Shown: positions 19,117-32,090, counted from the stretch's first letter. The stretch: DNA of 64,000 bases from an uncultured Pseudomonadales bacterium (GCA_964404025.1 CAYOIJ010000003.1:10727-74726); one strand, 5' to 3'. Notes: generated from the letters alone by a model not told the origin. Numbers and translations are program-made.

Positions 19117-19767
19117 TTAGACAATTTCTCCCTTATAAATCCAGACTTTAATGCCAACATAACCAGATCTGGTTTTAGCTGGCTGCTCATAATAATCAAT
19201 GTTAGCTCTTAAAGTTTGAGTTGGAATACTTCCCTGAAAATACTTTTCATTACGACCAATTTCTGCACCAGCAATTCTTCCAGATAATTGTATTTTGATT
19301 CCCTTAGCTCCTGCGCCCATCACTCTTTCCATGGCTTGTTTAACCGCACGTCGATGAGGATAACGAGCAATCAATTGACTAATGATTCTTTCTGTCACTA
19401 GCTTAGCGCTTAAATCTGGTTTTTTTACTTCTTCAATTTTTAATTCAATGCGTGATTGTTCTTTTTTACTTTTTGAAACGTTAACAATTTGATCAACACC
19501 AGCTTTAATTCTTTCTAAATTTTGTCCTCCCTTACCAATAACCACACCTGGTCTGGCCACCTCAATAATTAAAGTTAACTTACTAATTGAGCGTTTAATA
19601 TTAATTTCCACTAATCCAGCGTTAGATAATTTTTTTTCTAAATACTTGCGCAAACGATAATCTTCCAAAACATTCTTTGCATAATTGCTTTTGTCAGCAA
19701 ACCAACGAGATTTCCAGCTGAAAATTCCGCCCATACGCAATAGTGTTGGATTAACTTTTTGTCCCAT
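19117..19767 (-). CDS. rpsC: ribosomal protein uS3
   Basis: MGQKVNP, RPGVVIGKGG, GIKVWIY. Confidence 0.97.
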   Translation of the reverse strand: MGQKVNPTLLRMGGIFSWKSRWFADKSNYAKNVLEDYRLRKYLEKKLSNAGLVEINIKRSISKLTLIIEVARPGVVIGKGGQNLERIKAGVDQIVNVSKSKKEQSRIELKIEEVKKPDLSAKLVTERIISQLIARYPHRRAVKQAMERVMGAGAKGIKIQLSGRIAGAEIGRNEKYFQGSIPTQTLRANIDYYEQPAKTRSGYVGIKVWIYKGEIV

Positions 19768-19769
19768 AT

Positions 19770-20303
19770 TTATTCTTTACTTTTTTTGCTTACTTTTTTA
19801 GTTGTAGCTTTAGTTTTACTGCTAACTTTCTTACTTATTTTAGATTTACTAGTTTTTTTACTAGCTGTTTTTGTTACTTTATTTGTTTTCTTGGTTTTTG
19901 TTGGCTTCTTTTCTTCTTTATCTTTTTTACTTGATTTGTCCATTTTTTTGACCACTTCTTTTTTGCTTGAGTCTTTTTTTTCCAGCTCAACTTTAATATG
20001 ACAGGATCTTTTTAAGATAGTGTGAGCTCGACCACGACTAACTGCCCTCCAACGCTTATAGGTTGGTGCGACATCGACTACAATATTTTTAATTTTTAAT
20101 TCATCAAGTGACAACTGATGATTATTCATTGCGTTAGCAATTGCTTGACGCAGAGTTTTTAAAATTACTAAACTAGCTCTACGCTCCATTACTGCTAATT
20201 GCTTCAGCGCATCTTCGATAGACATTTTTTTAACAACATCAGCTACATAGCGAACTTTGCGTGCAGTTTGTCTGGTGTTTTTTTGTGTTGCAGTAATAAT
20301 CAT
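19770..20303 (-). CDS. rplV: ribosomal protein uL22 with Lys/Ser/Thr-rich tail
   Basis: RQTARKVRYVAD, AIANA, RGRA..I.KR..HI. Confidence 0.96.
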   Translation of the reverse strand: MIITATQKNTRQTARKVRYVADVVKKMSIEDALKQLAVMERRASLVILKTLRQAIANAMNNHQLSLDELKIKNIVVDVAPTYKRWRAVSRGRAHTILKRSCHIKVELEKKDSSKKEVVKKMDKSSKKDKEEKKPTKTKKTNKVTKTASKKTSKSKISKKVSSKTKATTKKVSKKSKE

Positions 20304-20321
20304 TTTTTCCTAATATGAATT

Positions 20322-20606
20322 TTAAGTTTTAGCCAAAATTCTTTTAACCATTTTCCCATGACCTCTAAAAGTGCGAGTGGGAGCAAACTCACCTAACTTA
20401 TGACCCACCATCATCTCAGAAATAAAAACTTCTACAAAATTTTTACCTTGATGAATTAAAAAAGAATGTCCAACAAATTCTGGAGCAACAGTACAAGCTC
20501 TGCTCCAAGTCTTAATTGGAGTTTTATCACCAGTTTCTTTTTGCTTCATCACTTTTTTGAGAAGCTTTTGATCAACAAATGGTCCTTTTTTATTTGATCT
20601 AGACAT
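20322..20606 (-). CDS. rpsS: ribosomal protein uS19
   Basis: [23 protein letters not shown]. Confidence 0.97.
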   Translation of the reverse strand: MSRSNKKGPFVDQKLLKKVMKQKETGDKTPIKTWSRACTVAPEFVGHSFLIHQGKNFVEVFISEMMVGHKLGEFAPTRTFRGHGKMVKRILAKT

Positions 20607-20620
20607 TAATTAGTTTTCCT

Positions 20621-21457
20621 TTAACTTTTACTACGACGATCACGTACAATCCACTTATTAGTTTTTCGAGGACTGCGTGTTTTTTTACCTGGAGCTGCAA
20701 TTTTACCCCAAGGTGTTTTCTGGTATTTTAAGCCAACACCACTGCGACCTTCACCACCACCGTGGGGATGACTGCCTGGGTGCTGAGCAGTACCACGCAC
20801 TGCTGGGCGAATACCCATTAGGCGTTTGGTACCAGCCTTACCAAGTTTGCGATTTTTCCAATCAGCATTAGCAAGACTGCCTATTGTAGCGAAACAATCA
20901 AGATTTATCAATCTAAATTCTTTAGAAGGTAGTTGAACAGTTGCATAGTTTTTTTCTTTGGATTGAATAATTGCTCCTAAACCAGCTCCACGAACTAATT
21001 GGGCTCCTTTGCCTGGCCTAAGTTCTATATTATGAATTTCAACACCAAGAGGAATATTCTTTAAAGGCATGGCATTACCAACTGCGGTGCTGAGTTTTTC
21101 ACCAGCCATTACCTCATCTCCAATTTTTAAATTTTCTGGAGCCAAGATATAGCGTTTTTCACCATCCTTATAAACCAAAAGAGCAATATTAGCGCTGCGC
21201 ATTGGATCGTATTCAATTCTCTTAACCACTGCTGGAACATTCAATTTATTACGCTTAAAATCAATGATGCGTTGACGCTTTTTAACTCCTCCTCCTCGAT
21301 GACGCATGGAAATATGTCCCTTAGCATCTCTGCCAGAACGTTTTTTATGACCTTTGCGCAACAAAGATTTTTCAGGAGCACCTTTGTGCAACTTTTTACG
21401 ATCTATGTCAACTCGGTGTCTAGTACCAGGAGTACCAGTTTTGTTTTTCTTCAACAT
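20621..21457 (-). CDS. rplB: ribosomal protein uL2
   Basis: IEYDPMRSANIAL, HPHGGGEG. Confidence 0.97.
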   Translation of the reverse strand: MLKKNKTGTPGTRHRVDIDRKKLHKGAPEKSLLRKGHKKRSGRDAKGHISMRHRGGGVKKRQRIIDFKRNKLNVPAVVKRIEYDPMRSANIALLVYKDGEKRYILAPENLKIGDEVMAGEKLSTAVGNAMPLKNIPLGVEIHNIELRPGKGAQLVRGAGLGAIIQSKEKNYATVQLPSKEFRLINLDCFATIGSLANADWKNRKLGKAGTKRLMGIRPAVRGTAQHPGSHPHGGGEGRSGVGLKYQKTPWGKIAAPGKKTRSPRKTNKWIVRDRRSKS

Positions 21458-21756
21458 TATTGATCTCCTCCAATATCAAAAAGAGCAATGGTTTGGCCCT
21501 TGGCCAGCTTAATGTAAGCCTTTTTTGTTTTTGGACTAACTGTACTAATTCTTTTTCGACCGGTTTTTTTCTTTACTCGATGTCTAACTACTGTGTTAAC
21601 TTCCAAAACTTTAACATCAAAAACATCTTCCACTGCTTGTTTAATTTGTCCCTTGTGGGCGTTCATCAACACTTCAAAAGTATAGACATTAAGCTTATTG
21701 GCTAAGCTTAGTGATCTTTCAGTAATGACTGGTTTTTTGATTAAATAAGCGTTCAT
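21457..21756 (-). CDS. rplW: ribosomal protein uL23
   Basis: PVITERS, K.QIKQAVE, KKAYIKL. Confidence 0.96.
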   Translation of the reverse strand: MNAYLIKKPVITERSLSLANKLNVYTFEVLMNAHKGQIKQAVEDVFDVKVLEVNTVVRHRVKKKTGRKRISTVSPKTKKAYIKLAKGQTIALFDIGGDQ

Positions 21757-21758
21757 GT

Positions 21759-22403
21759 TTATTTCTTAATACTTTTCTTCTTAACTTTAACAAATCTATC
21801 TTCTAGAGTTTTTAAAGCAGTTAAATCGATAAGAATCTTGTCTGCTGAAACTACTTGTAAGACATTAAGCCTCTCAGCTGTAGTTACCAATACATTGGGC
21901 AAATTAGCTAAAGCTCTTATAACAGCTTCATTAACCTTGTTTAAGACTACCAAAACCTTGTCCATATCCTGACCAACTTTTACTATTAATTTTTGAGCTT
22001 CTTTGGTTTTGCCTTTAAGACCAACTATATCTTTACTAACAAACAAGTTCTTTTTCTGTAAAGTTAAAGCGTGTTTGAGAGCAATTAATTTAGATTTTTT
22101 ATTTAATTTAAGAGACCAGTTTTCAATAGCACGAGGTCCATGGGACACGCCACCTCCAACAAAAATATTGGGAGTTCTTGCTCCATGACGCGCATTACCC
22201 GTACCTTTTTGTTTGTACCATTTTTTCTTAGTTCTCTTAACCTCACTCCGAGTTTTAGTGTAGCTAGTACCCTGCCTTAAATTGGCCTGATAAACTCTAA
22301 CCGCTTGAGCTAATAGTGCATCAGCAGCTTGATCAGAAAACAAAATATCGTTTACTCTGATTTTTTCGTTTTTGCTAGTAGAGTCAATAATTGGCAATTG
22401 CAT
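21759..22403 (-). CDS. rplD: ribosomal protein uL4
   Basis: [25 protein letters not shown]. Confidence 0.97.
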   Translation of the reverse strand: MQLPIIDSTSKNEKIRVNDILFSDQAADALLAQAVRVYQANLRQGTSYTKTRSEVKRTKKKWYKQKGTGNARHGARTPNIFVGGGVSHGPRAIENWSLKLNKKSKLIALKHALTLQKKNLFVSKDIVGLKGKTKEAQKLIVKVGQDMDKVLVVLNKVNEAVIRALANLPNVLVTTAERLNVLQVVSADKILIDLTALKTLEDRFVKVKKKSIKK

Positions 22404-23215
22404 TAAGCTAATTTTTCTTCTTTAACTTCTTTATTTGTTTCTATAACTTTTTTCTCAGCTTTTTCCTCGACTTTTTTTTCACTTACTTTGTTTTCAACTT
22501 GTTTTTCAAGCTCTTCTTTTTTATCCTCTTTTTTTACTTCTTGCTCATCTGTTTTTTTAAACAAAGACATGTTTAGTTCTAAATCTTTCTTTTCACCAGT
22601 TTTTTGAATTCTAACTATAGAATTTTTATGACCAGGAACTGGACCTGTCACCCAAACCTCTTTGTTTTCTAAATCAATATGAGCCACTACTAATCCCAAA
22701 ACAGTCTTTGTCTCGACTCCGTAGTGACCAGGCATTTTTTTACCTTTCCAAACTCTACCAGGATCAGTACCTGAGCCAATAGATCCAGGAGCACGCTGAC
22801 GGTCAGATTGACCATGTGTTCGTGGCCCACCATGAAAACCGTATCGTTTAACTACACCGGCAAAACCACGCCCCTTACTAACCCCCTGAACAGCCACCAC
22901 ATCTCCAACCTCTAGAACCTGATTTGCCTGAATTTTTTCACCTTTTTTAATATCTTCATCGGCCTCAATAGCTCTAATTTGCCTAAAACCAGAAGAAAAA
23001 CCACTCTGTGAGATTTGTTCTCGGAGTGGTTTAGCTACATTTTTTAATTTCTTTGCGCCGTAAGCAATCTCAGCCTTTAAAACTTGATTTTGATCTTTTT
23101 TAACACTTAAAACACAGTTGTCATCAACCATTAGTTTAGTAATAGGAAGACGTTTTCCCAGCTTTGACCAAGCTTGAGACATGCCGATTTTTGTAGCAAA
23201 TATTGTATTTAGCAT
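22403..23215 (-). CDS. rplC: ribosomal protein uL3 with Glu/Lys-rich tail
   Basis: SKGRGFAGVVKR, PGSIG, GKKMPGHYG. Confidence 0.97.
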   Translation of the reverse strand: MLNTIFATKIGMSQAWSKLGKRLPITKLMVDDNCVLSVKKDQNQVLKAEIAYGAKKLKNVAKPLREQISQSGFSSGFRQIRAIEADEDIKKGEKIQANQVLEVGDVVAVQGVSKGRGFAGVVKRYGFHGGPRTHGQSDRQRAPGSIGSGTDPGRVWKGKKMPGHYGVETKTVLGLVVAHIDLENKEVWVTGPVPGHKNSIVRIQKTGEKKDLELNMSLFKKTDEQEVKKEDKKEELEKQVENKVSEKKVEEKAEKKVIETNKEVKEEKLA

Positions 23216-23271
23216 TCTTCCTTTTATTCCGTCTGGTCAATTTAGTTTTAGTCCTTAAATAAATTAATAAC

Positions 23272-23592
23272 TTACATTTTAATTTGGATGTCTACACCTG
23301 CTGGCAACTCCAAATGCATTAAAGAGTCAATAGTTTTATTAGTTGGATCAATAATATCAATTAGGCGCTTATGAGTACGAATCTCGTAATGTTCCTGAGC
23401 ATCCTTATCTGTGTGTGGAGAAATCAAAACAGTAAAAGATTTAGTATGAGTGGGTAAAGGAACTGGTCCTATAACCTTAGCTCCTGTAGAAAGAGCTGTT
23501 TGTAATATTTTGCGACTAGCCTCATCAATCACTCGATGATCATATGATTTTAGTCTCACTCGAATCTTGTATGTGTTTTGGTTCTTTGCCAT
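23272..23592 (-). CDS. rpsJ: ribosomal protein uS10
   Basis: [25 protein letters not shown]. Confidence 0.97.
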   Translation of the reverse strand: MAKNQNTYKIRVRLKSYDHRVIDEASRKILQTALSTGAKVIGPVPLPTHTKSFTVLISPHTDKDAQEHYEIRTHKRLIDIIDPTNKTIDSLMHLELPAGVDIQIKM

Positions 23593-23702
23593 ACTAATTT
23601 TTTAACACTTTATTAACTTGTTATAGGTTTTTGCTAATTAAAGCAATTTAGACCTGACTCCTACTTGAGACAAATATTTCTCTGTAGAAATCACAAAGCG
23701 CG

Positions 23703-23821
23703 ATTATAACTAATTTTCTTCAAGTTGTATAGATGATAAATAAAAAAATTAATCTTCCAGCGCTTTTACCTATCTCTTTTAGCGAGACTTGTATTTTACC
23801 AGAGAGAAAAATAAAGAGCAA
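23703..23821 (-). promoter_or_regulatory. tandem sigma70-type promoters of the S10 operon
   Basis: On the - strand TTGCTC-17-TAAAAT (23821-23793, with extended TG) and TATACA-17-TATAAT (23731-23703). Confidence 0.6.
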
Positions 23822-23829
23822 GAGAAACT

Positions 23830-23856
23830 AAAAACCCTCATCAACGGACGAGGGTT
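23830..23856 (-). terminator. intrinsic terminator after tuf
   Basis: - strand AACCCTCGTC-CGTT-GATGAGGGTTTTT. Confidence 0.8.
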
Positions 23857-23880
23857 AGTTTAGCAATAATTAAGCTTTAC

Positions 23881-25077
23881 TTATTCAATAATTTTAGTAA
23901 CTGCACCAGCTCCAACAGTTAAACCACCTTCTCGAATTGCAAAACGAAAACCATCGTGAATAGCAACTGGAGTAATTAGTTCAACAGTCATCTTGGCATT
24001 ATCACCAGGCATAACCATTTCAACACCTTCTGGTAATTTAATCTCACCAGTTACGTCTGTGGTGCGAATGTAGAATTGGGGTTTATAACCAGAGAAAAAT
24101 GGTTTATGACGACCACCTTCTTCTTTCTTCAAGATATAAACTTCAGCTTCAAATTTCTTATGAGCTGCGGCGCTGCCTGGAGCAGCCAATAATTGACCAC
24201 GCTCAACACCATCTTTTTCAGTGCCACGCAATAAAATACCAACGTTATCTCCAGCCTGCCCTTGATCAAGCATTTTTCTAAACATTTCTACACCAGTAAC
24301 TGTAGTTGATTTTTTGTCACGGATACCAACTATATCTACTGTTTCGCCAACTTTAACTACACCAGTCTCAATACGACCTGTGACTACTGTTCCGCGACCT
24401 TTGATAGAAAAGACGTCTTCAATATACATGGAAAAAGGCTTGTCAATATCACGCACTGGTTCAGGAATGTAGTCATCGACTGCATCGAGTAGTTTCATAA
24501 TTTGATCTTGAGCATCTTTGTCACCTTCTAGGGCTTTAAGGGCGCTGACTCGCAAAACTGGAGCGTTGTCACCATCATAACCATATTTAGTTAAAAGCTC
24601 TCGAACTTCCATTTCCACTAAATCAAGTAATTCCGCATCATCAACCATGTCACACTTGTTCAAAGCAACAATTAGTTTAGGTACGTTTACCTGATTAGCC
24701 AATAAGATATGCTCTCGAGTCTGAGGCATTGGACCATCAGTAGCTGATACTACTAAGATAGCTCCATCCATTTGAGCAGCACCAGTAATCATGTTTTTAA
24801 TATAGTCAGCATGACCTGGGGCATCGATGTGAGCGTAGTGGCGCTTTTCTGTTTCATACTCTATATGAGAAATATTAATTGTAATACCTCTCGCAATCTC
24901 TTCAGCACTACTTTCAACATCGTCATATTTCATAGCTTTATTGGTTTCTGTTGGAACCTTTTCTGCTAAAACATGAGTCATTGCTGCTGTTAAAGTAGTT
25001 TTACCATGATCAACGTGGCCAATTGTACCAATATTGACGTGGGGTTTATTTCTGACAAATTTTTGTGCATCTGCCAT
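23881..25077 (-). CDS. tuf: elongation factor Tu
   Basis: [23 protein letters not shown]. Confidence 0.98.
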   Translation of the reverse strand: MADAQKFVRNKPHVNIGTIGHVDHGKTTLTAAMTHVLAEKVPTETNKAMKYDDVESSAEEIARGITINISHIEYETEKRHYAHIDAPGHADYIKNMITGAAQMDGAILVVSATDGPMPQTREHILLANQVNVPKLIVALNKCDMVDDAELLDLVEMEVRELLTKYGYDGDNAPVLRVSALKALEGDKDAQDQIMKLLDAVDDYIPEPVRDIDKPFSMYIEDVFSIKGRGTVVTGRIETGVVKVGETVDIVGIRDKKSTTVTGVEMFRKMLDQGQAGDNVGILLRGTEKDGVERGQLLAAPGSAAAHKKFEAEVYILKKEEGGRHKPFFSGYKPQFYIRTTDVTGEIKLPEGVEMVMPGDNAKMTVELITPVAIHDGFRFAIREGGLTVGAGAVTKIIE

Positions 25078-25148
25078 AACTTTTATCTCCTTTTTATAAT
25101 ACTTACTAATAATTTTTAACCATCTTATTATACACTAAATCTGAAAAA

Positions 25149-27281
25149 TTAGGCTTTTTTGCCTTTTCTTTCTTCAATGATTCCCTCGGTGATATTACGA
25201 GGCACTTCATCATAGTGGCTGGGCAATAAAACACTTGTGGCCCGACCCTGAGTCATGCCACGTAAGGTCGTTACATAACCCTGCATCTCTGCTAGTGGGG
25301 CGATAGCTGTAATAATACTAATATTACCACGTTGATTGGTTCCTTGAATTTGTGCTCTACGACTACCTAAGTCACCAATGACATCTCCCATATATTCTTC
25401 TGGAGTGCTAACTTCAACCTTCATAATTGGCTCAATCAACACCATGTCTGCCTTGCTTACTGCGTCACGCATAGCAAACGAGCCAGCCATTTTAAAAGCT
25501 AACTCACTAGAATCAACCTCATGATAAGAACCATCATATAGAGTTACTTGAACGTCAACCATAGGATAATTGGCCAAAAAACCACGATCTAGGGCTTCTT
25601 TCACACCCTTATTGGTTGGCTCAATATACTCTCTAGGTACTGTTCCACCTTTAATTTCATTGACGAACTCATAGCCAGTGCCACGATCCTTAGGTTCAAT
25701 GCGCAATAAAACGTGACCGTATTGTCCACGACCACCAGATTGTTTAATGTATTTACCCTCACCCTCAGCTTCTCTTTTAATTGTTTCACGATAAGCTACT
25801 TGAGGCTTACCAACATCAGCATCAACATGAAATTCGCGTTTGAGGCGATCAACGATAATTTCTAAGTGTAGTTCGCCCATACCACCAATAATGGTTTGGC
25901 CAGTTTCTTGATCTGACTTAATGCTAAAAGTTGGATCTTCTTCACTCAGTTTTGCAAGAGCCATACCCATCTTTTCTTGATCAACTTTAGTACGTGGTTC
26001 GATAGCTAAATAAATGACTGGTTCGGCAAAAGTAATGCCCTCCAAAACTATTGGATGTTTTTCATCACACAAAGTATCACCAGTCTTGGTTTCTTTTAAA
26101 CCAATCATTGCTACAATTTCTCCAGCTGCGGCTTCACTAATTTCTTCTCTTTGATTAGCATGCATCAACAACAAACGTCCCAAGCGTTCTTTAGTGTCTT
26201 TACTAGAGTTATAAATATAACTGCCAGATTGCATAGTTCCTGAATAAATACGAAAATAAGTTAATTTTCCAACGTGAGGATCAGTTTGAATTTTAAAAGC
26301 TAGGCCACAAAATTTTTCTTCAGGAGTTAGTTTGCGTTCAATTACTTCTTCAGTACCTGGTTCAAGGCCAGTAATATGTTCTATATCTAAAGGAGATGGT
26401 AAATATTCAACAACCGCATCCAGCAGTGGCTGGAGTCCGGTGTTTTTAAGCGAAGAACCAGCATAAACTGGAACAAGTTTGTAATCAATAACTGCTTGTC
26501 GTAGGGCTATCTTTAATTCATTAAGTTCAATTTCTTCCGAATTAAGGAATTTTTCCATCAATTTATCATCAGTCTCGGCAATTGACTCTACTAACTCAGC
26601 TCGCATTTTTTCCACTTCTGATTGATATTGTTCAGGAATCTCTTTAACTTCAGGTTCAGTAGCTGCCTCATGATCTTCCCAGAAATAAGCTTGACGAGTC
26701 AATAAATTTATTATCCCATCAAAATTATCTTCACTGCCCATTGGTAAGACCATAACTGCTGGTTTCACACCAAATTTAGTACGGATATCTTCTACTGTTG
26801 CCTTAAAATCTGCCCCCAATTTATCCATTTTATTAACAAAACAAATTCTGGGAACATTATATTTATCAGCTTGACGCCAAACTGTTTCTGACTGAGATTG
26901 CACACCTTCACTAGCATCTAGGACCGTAATCCCACCATCAAGCACTCTCAGTGAACGCTCTACTTCGGCAGTAAAATCAACGTGTCCTGGAGTATCAATA
27001 ATGTTGAAACGATAGGATTCTTTAGCTAAATGAGTATCAAAATAAGGCTTCCAAAAACAAGTGGTAGCTGCTGACATAATAGTAATACCACGCTCTTGTT
27101 CTTGCTCCATCCAGTCCATAGTGGCAGCACCCTCGTGAACTTCTCCGATCTTATAGTTACGACCAGTGTAAAAGAGAATTCTCTCTGTGGTGGTGGTTTT
27201 GCCAGCGTCAATATGAGCAATGATTCCAATATTTCTAATTCTATCTAGAGCTACTTTACGCTGACCTGAAATATCTGACAT
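25149..27281 (-). CDS. fusA: elongation factor G
   Basis: [31 protein letters not shown]. Confidence 0.98.
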   Translation of the reverse strand: MSDISGQRKVALDRIRNIGIIAHIDAGKTTTTERILFYTGRNYKIGEVHEGAATMDWMEQEQERGITIMSAATTCFWKPYFDTHLAKESYRFNIIDTPGHVDFTAEVERSLRVLDGGITVLDASEGVQSQSETVWRQADKYNVPRICFVNKMDKLGADFKATVEDIRTKFGVKPAVMVLPMGSEDNFDGIINLLTRQAYFWEDHEAATEPEVKEIPEQYQSEVEKMRAELVESIAETDDKLMEKFLNSEEIELNELKIALRQAVIDYKLVPVYAGSSLKNTGLQPLLDAVVEYLPSPLDIEHITGLEPGTEEVIERKLTPEEKFCGLAFKIQTDPHVGKLTYFRIYSGTMQSGSYIYNSSKDTKERLGRLLLMHANQREEISEAAAGEIVAMIGLKETKTGDTLCDEKHPIVLEGITFAEPVIYLAIEPRTKVDQEKMGMALAKLSEEDPTFSIKSDQETGQTIIGGMGELHLEIIVDRLKREFHVDADVGKPQVAYRETIKREAEGEGKYIKQSGGRGQYGHVLLRIEPKDRGTGYEFVNEIKGGTVPREYIEPTNKGVKEALDRGFLANYPMVDVQVTLYDGSYHEVDSSELAFKMAGSFAMRDAVSKADMVLIEPIMKVEVSTPEEYMGDVIGDLGSRRAQIQGTNQRGNISIITAIAPLAEMQGYVTTLRGMTQGRATSVLLPSHYDEVPRNITEGIIEERKGKKA

Positions 27282-27370
27282 AAATACTTTTGCGCGCTTT
27301 AGGCGCTTTTTTCTAATAATATAATAAACAATAATTCTATAATTTTTTTACTTAAATAACTAGCGATATT

Positions 27371-27847
27371 TTACCAACGGAAATGGGAAAAAGCCTTGTT
27401 AGCTTCGGCCATTCGGTGAGAGGTATTTCGTTTTTCAATTGCTCCGCCTTGTTCAGTCAAAGCATCTAAGATTTCAGCTGCTAATTTTTCTGCGAAAGTG
27501 TGGAATTGTTTATTTGGCCTCTTGTTAGCCTCATTAATTAACCAACGAATACTCAAAGAACGAGCCCTTAAATCTCTGACAGGCATTGGTACTTGATAAG
27601 AAGCCCCTCCTACACGACGAGTTCTTACTTCCATTTTTGGCTTAATTTTTTCTAAAGCTTCTTCTAAAACTTCTACAGGCTTGCGTTTACTTTGCTTAGA
27701 CACAATTTCCAGCGCTGCATAAACTTGTTTTTGAGCTACTGATTTTTTACCATCCCTCATACTACGGTTAATTAAACCCTGTACTAAGGTGGATCCGTGC
27801 TTAACATCTTTTTCTACAGGACGAATGGTGGCTTTCTTAGTTCTCAT
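27371..27847 (-). CDS. rpsG: ribosomal protein uS7
   Basis: RRVGGASYQVP, HRMAEANKAFSHFRW. Confidence 0.97.
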   Translation of the reverse strand: MRTKKATIRPVEKDVKHGSTLVQGLINRSMRDGKKSVAQKQVYAALEIVSKQSKRKPVEVLEEALEKIKPKMEVRTRRVGGASYQVPMPVRDLRARSLSIRWLINEANKRPNKQFHTFAEKLAAEILDALTEQGGAIEKRNTSHRMAEANKAFSHFRW

Positions 27848-27852
27848 AAATC

Positions 27853-28263
27853 TTAACTCCTCTTCACCCCATATTTACTACGGCTTGATTTTCTTTCATC
27901 AACGCCAGCACAATCATACTTGCCACGGACAATATGGTATTTAACTCCAGGTAAATCTTTAACTCTACCACCGCGCACTAACACCACGCTGTGTTCTGCT
28001 AAATTATGTCCCTCTCCTGGAATATAAGCTGTCACTTCAACCTTATTTGACAAACGCACTCTTGCTACCTTACGCAGTGCAGAGTTAGGCTTCTTTGGCG
28101 TCATGGTTTTAACCACAGTACACACACCCCGTTTTTGAGGGTTAATTGTTTTAGTCGGACGATTAGTATTTGAATTAAAACTACGACGCAGCGCAGTTGC
28201 TTTAACGCGTTTAGTTCTTTTCTTTCTTCCGCCTTTTCTGATTAGTTGATTAATAGTTGGCAT
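27853..28263 (-). CDS. rpsL: ribosomal protein uS12
   Basis: [25 protein letters not shown]. Confidence 0.98.
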   Translation of the reverse strand: MPTINQLIRKGGRKKRTKRVKATALRRSFNSNTNRPTKTINPQKRGVCTVVKTMTPKKPNSALRKVARVRLSNKVEVTAYIPGEGHNLAEHSVVLVRGGRVKDLPGVKYHIVRGKYDCAGVDERKSSRSKYGVKRS

Positions 28264-28332
28264 AAATATTTTTATTTTCTATAACTTGAAGGGCAATTTT
28301 AACATAAGAGTCAGAGTTTATCCAGATTCTCT

Positions 28333-31300
28333 CTAATCTAAACGCGCCCTTTCTTCACTAGTAGGAATTAAGCGGCCAATAATTACATTCTCCTTCAAAC
28401 CCTTGAGGTAATCAATTGATCCCTCAGCGGCAGCATCAGTCAAAACATGCTTAGTGTGTTGGAAAGAAGCTGCTGACAACCAAGAATCAGTAAATAGTGA
28501 GGAACGAGTGATACCCAAAAGAAGCACTCTAGCAGTAGCGGGGTCACCACCGGCTGCCATTACATCCTCATTGGCATCAACAAAACGACTACGCTCCACT
28601 ACTTCACCAACTAAGAAATCAGTATCTCCTGGTATATCGATCTGTAACTTGTCGCCCATTTTTCTGGCTATAACTTCAAAGTGTTTATCATTAATAGTGA
28701 TACCTTGTGATTCGTAAACTGCCTGGACTTGATCAACTATATATTGCTGAGTAGCTAATAATCCAGAAAGCTGTAGTAATTCCTGAATATTAATTCCACC
28801 AGAAGTTAGGGGTTGTCCCGTAGAAACTAATTCTTTATCTGCTACTTTGAGAGTAATAGAACTAGATAAGGTATAACTTTCTTCCTCACCATTATCACCT
28901 TTAATAGTAATTTCCTGGTCATTATCTTTTTGTTTAATCCTCACCTTTCCAGGAAAATGGGCAATAATTGCCTGAAGTTTAGGGTTGCGCGCTTCTAATA
29001 ACTCCTCAACACGTGGTAAACCCTGAGTCACATCTAAACCAACAATACCACCAGAGTGTTTAACTCGCATGGTTAACTGCGTACCAGGCTCTCCAATTGA
29101 TTGGGCCGCTAATACTCCGACAGGAACACCAATTTTAACTTGACTACGATTAGAGAAATCCCAACCATAACACTTGGCACACAAGCCGTGCTTGGCACGA
29201 CAGGTAAGAGCAGATCTCACCCAAACTGACTCAACACTGCTTTGATTTATCTTTTCAGCTAAATCAGGAGTGATTAATTCACCAGTTTTTACTAAAATCT
29301 TCTTTCCTTCTTTAATATCTTTGCTCACATGTCTGCCAATAATTCGAGCCATGAATACGTCTTTTCTTGGCAACCTGATGATTTCAATTCCATCTTCAGT
29401 GCCACAATCTTCAGAACGAATGATGGCATCGTGAGCTACATCAACAAGTCGACGAGTTAAATAACCAGCATCAGCAGTTTTGATTGCTGAATCAGTTAAA
29501 CCTTTTCGGGAGCCACGAGCTGACGTCACATATTCAAAAATACTCAGACCTTGTCTAAAGTTAGATTTGGTAGGCATTTCCACAATATTGCCTAAAGGAT
29601 CAACAACCAGGCCACGCATGGCTGCCAATTGTTTAACTTGATCTTTAGAAGCACGAGTACCACCAGAATCAATAATAGTTTTAACACTATTGTTATCATC
29701 ATAAGTAGCCCAAGTTTTCTCCGCTAATTCTTCTGTAGTTTTAATCCAAACATCTAATGATTGACGACGACGTTCCTCTTCAGCAATCAATCCTTGGGTG
29801 TAATAATCTTGAATTTTTTCTACTGACTTGTTGGCCTTGTCGATAATCTGATCTTTTTCTTCAATCATGCCACAATCAGTTACACCTACTGACAAACCAG
29901 ATTTAGTGGCTGCCTCAAAGCCCAAATCTTTAATATCATCAATCATAGTGGCTACAACAGACTCTGGCTCAGTCTCAATTGCTTTAGTTACAATTTGCTT
30001 AATTCTTTTAGAATCTATGGTTTCGTTAATAAAACGCAAGCTAACAGGTAAGACACTATTAAATAACAAACGACCTACACTAGTTTCAACTAAATGAGTT
30101 TCTCCTTTGATCTTGAATTTAACTTTAATTTTTTGACGAAGTGCTAAGCGTCCTGTTTGATAAAGATGATAAGCTTCATTTTTACTACTTAAAACAGCAG
30201 GAAAATCTTCTAAGTCCTCATCAAAACCAGTATAATAATAAGCGCCCATAGCCATATCTTTGTTTGGCAAAGTAACCGGCTCACCATTCGCTGGTTTGAG
30301 CAAATTATGCTCAGGCATCATTAGCTCAATAGCCTCTTTTTGAGCCTCTTTGGTAAGAGGCACATGAACAGCCATTTGGTCACCATCAAAGTCAGCATTA
30401 TAACCAGCACAAACACAAGGATGGAGTGCAATCGCACTACCTTCAATTAGAACTGGAAAGAAAGCTTGAATACCAAGTTTGTGTAAAGTTGGAGCTCGAT
30501 TGAGTAAAACTGGATGATTCTCAATTACTTTTTCCAAAACTGCATAAACATCTGCTTCTCGACGATCTACTAAGTGACGAGCGCTCTTTACATTAGGAGC
30601 AATACCACGAACAATTAATTCTCGCAAAACATAAGGCTTAAACATTTCTAAAGCCATATCTTTAGGCAAACCACACTGATTAAGTTTTAATTCTGGACCA
30701 ACAATAATTACACTACGTCCAGAGTAATCAACTCGTTTACCCAATAGGTTTTGACGGAAACGACCAGTTTTACCACGCAACATTTCGGAAAGAGAGCGTA
30801 ATGGTCGACGATTTGAACGACGACGAGTTTGTTTAGCTTGAGAGCTATCAATTAAGGAATCTACAGCTTCTTGCAACATGCGCTTTTCATTACGTAAAAT
30901 AATTTCTGGAGCACCTAAATTTATCAAATGAGCTAAACGGTTATTACGATTGATCACTCTACGATACAAATCATTTAAATCTGAAGCAGCAAAACGACCA
31001 CCAGATAATTGGACCATTGGTCTTAAGTCTGGAGGTAAAACAGGTAAAATGGACAAAAACATCCAACTTGGACTAATTTCAGACTTTTTTAAACCTTCAA
31101 AAACTCGTAAGCGTTTGATAATTTTAGTCTTCTTCGCCCCTTTGCTTTCAACAAGTTCGTCACGCAGAGAAACTATTTCTTTGTCAAGATCAACCTCTTT
31201 AATTAATTCTAAAATAGCTTCTGCTCCCATCCCGACTCTTAAATGTGAGTTGGCGTTGTATTCATCAAGTTTTAAATATTCATCTTCTGTCAAAACTACT

Positions 31301-32052
31301 TTTTTCTTGATTTTTTTAACCATTTGTTTAATGGTTTTATAAATCTCTTCAGTTTGTTCAATTTGCACTTCTAATTGTTGTTTTGCCGCTACAATTTTAT
31401 TTTTAGTTTTTAAATCTAATTCAACTAGTTTTAGTTGAAGAGTTTCTTTGCTTTTAACCTTGTCTTTAAGAGCTTGAGTTTCAGTTTTAAAATCTTCCTT
31501 AATTTTTAATATTGCTTGCTCAGCATTATCTTTAAGCTCATCTATAGCAGCTACACCATCAACGTCTAATTGTTCTAGAACCGCTTTCTTTTCTTCACTA
31601 TCAACTCCCAAAACAATATATTGGGAAAAATACATAATAGAATTTAAGTTGCGTGGAGAAAGATTTAACAAGAGAGAAAGTTTAGAAGGAGCTCCCTTAA
31701 AAAACCAAATGTGAGCAACGGGGGCTGCTAATTGAATATGTCCCATTCTCTCACGACGCACTCTTGATTCAGTTACTTCCACCCCACACTTGTCACAAAT
31801 AATACCCTTGTAACGAATGCGCTTATACTTGCCACAGTGACACTCATAATCTTTGACCGGACCAAAAATTTTCTCATCAAATAGACCATCTTTTTCTGGC
31901 TTTAATGATCGATAATTAATAGTCTCTGGTTTTTTAACTTCTCCATAAGACCAATCCTTAATTTCTTCAGGAGAAGCAATTTTGATTTGTAGAGCACTAA
32001 AATCAATGATATCTTTAGTTTTTTTGACTGGTTGGTTAAAAAATTTTGGCAT
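28333..32052 (-). CDS. rpoC: RNA polymerase beta' subunit
   Basis: NADFDGD catalytic motif, N-terminal Zn finger, [10 protein letters not shown]. Confidence 0.98.
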   Translation of the reverse strand: MPKFFNQPVKKTKDIIDFSALQIKIASPEEIKDWSYGEVKKPETINYRSLKPEKDGLFDEKIFGPVKDYECHCGKYKRIRYKGIICDKCGVEVTESRVRRERMGHIQLAAPVAHIWFFKGAPSKLSLLLNLSPRNLNSIMYFSQYIVLGVDSEEKKAVLEQLDVDGVAAIDELKDNAEQAILKIKEDFKTETQALKDKVKSKETLQLKLVELDLKTKNKIVAAKQQLEVQIEQTEEIYKTIKQMVKKIKKKVVLTEDEYLKLDEYNANSHLRVGMGAEAILELIKEVDLDKEIVSLRDELVESKGAKKTKIIKRLRVFEGLKKSEISPSWMFLSILPVLPPDLRPMVQLSGGRFAASDLNDLYRRVINRNNRLAHLINLGAPEIILRNEKRMLQEAVDSLIDSSQAKQTRRRSNRRPLRSLSEMLRGKTGRFRQNLLGKRVDYSGRSVIIVGPELKLNQCGLPKDMALEMFKPYVLRELIVRGIAPNVKSARHLVDRREADVYAVLEKVIENHPVLLNRAPTLHKLGIQAFFPVLIEGSAIALHPCVCAGYNADFDGDQMAVHVPLTKEAQKEAIELMMPEHNLLKPANGEPVTLPNKDMAMGAYYYTGFDEDLEDFPAVLSSKNEAYHLYQTGRLALRQKIKVKFKIKGETHLVETSVGRLLFNSVLPVSLRFINETIDSKRIKQIVTKAIETEPESVVATMIDDIKDLGFEAATKSGLSVGVTDCGMIEEKDQIIDKANKSVEKIQDYYTQGLIAEEERRRQSLDVWIKTTEELAEKTWATYDDNNSVKTIIDSGGTRASKDQVKQLAAMRGLVVDPLGNIVEMPTKSNFRQGLSIFEYVTSARGSRKGLTDSAIKTADAGYLTRRLVDVAHDAIIRSEDCGTEDGIEIIRLPRKDVFMARIIGRHVSKDIKEGKKILVKTGELITPDLAEKINQSSVESVWVRSALTCRAKHGLCAKCYGWDFSNRSQVKIGVPVGVLAAQSIGEPGTQLTMRVKHSGGIVGLDVTQGLPRVEELLEARNPKLQAIIAHFPGKVRIKQKDNDQEITIKGDNGEEESYTLSSSITLKVADKELVSTGQPLTSGGINIQELLQLSGLLATQQYIVDQVQAVYESQGITINDKHFEVIARKMGDKLQIDIPGDTDFLVGEVVERSRFVDANEDVMAAGGDPATARVLLLGITRSSLFTDSWLSAASFQHTKHVLTDAAAEGSIDYLKGLKENVIIGRLIPTSEERARLD

Positions 32053-32090
32053 AAGTTTTTTCGATTATTCTTACTAAAAAAATGTAATTC

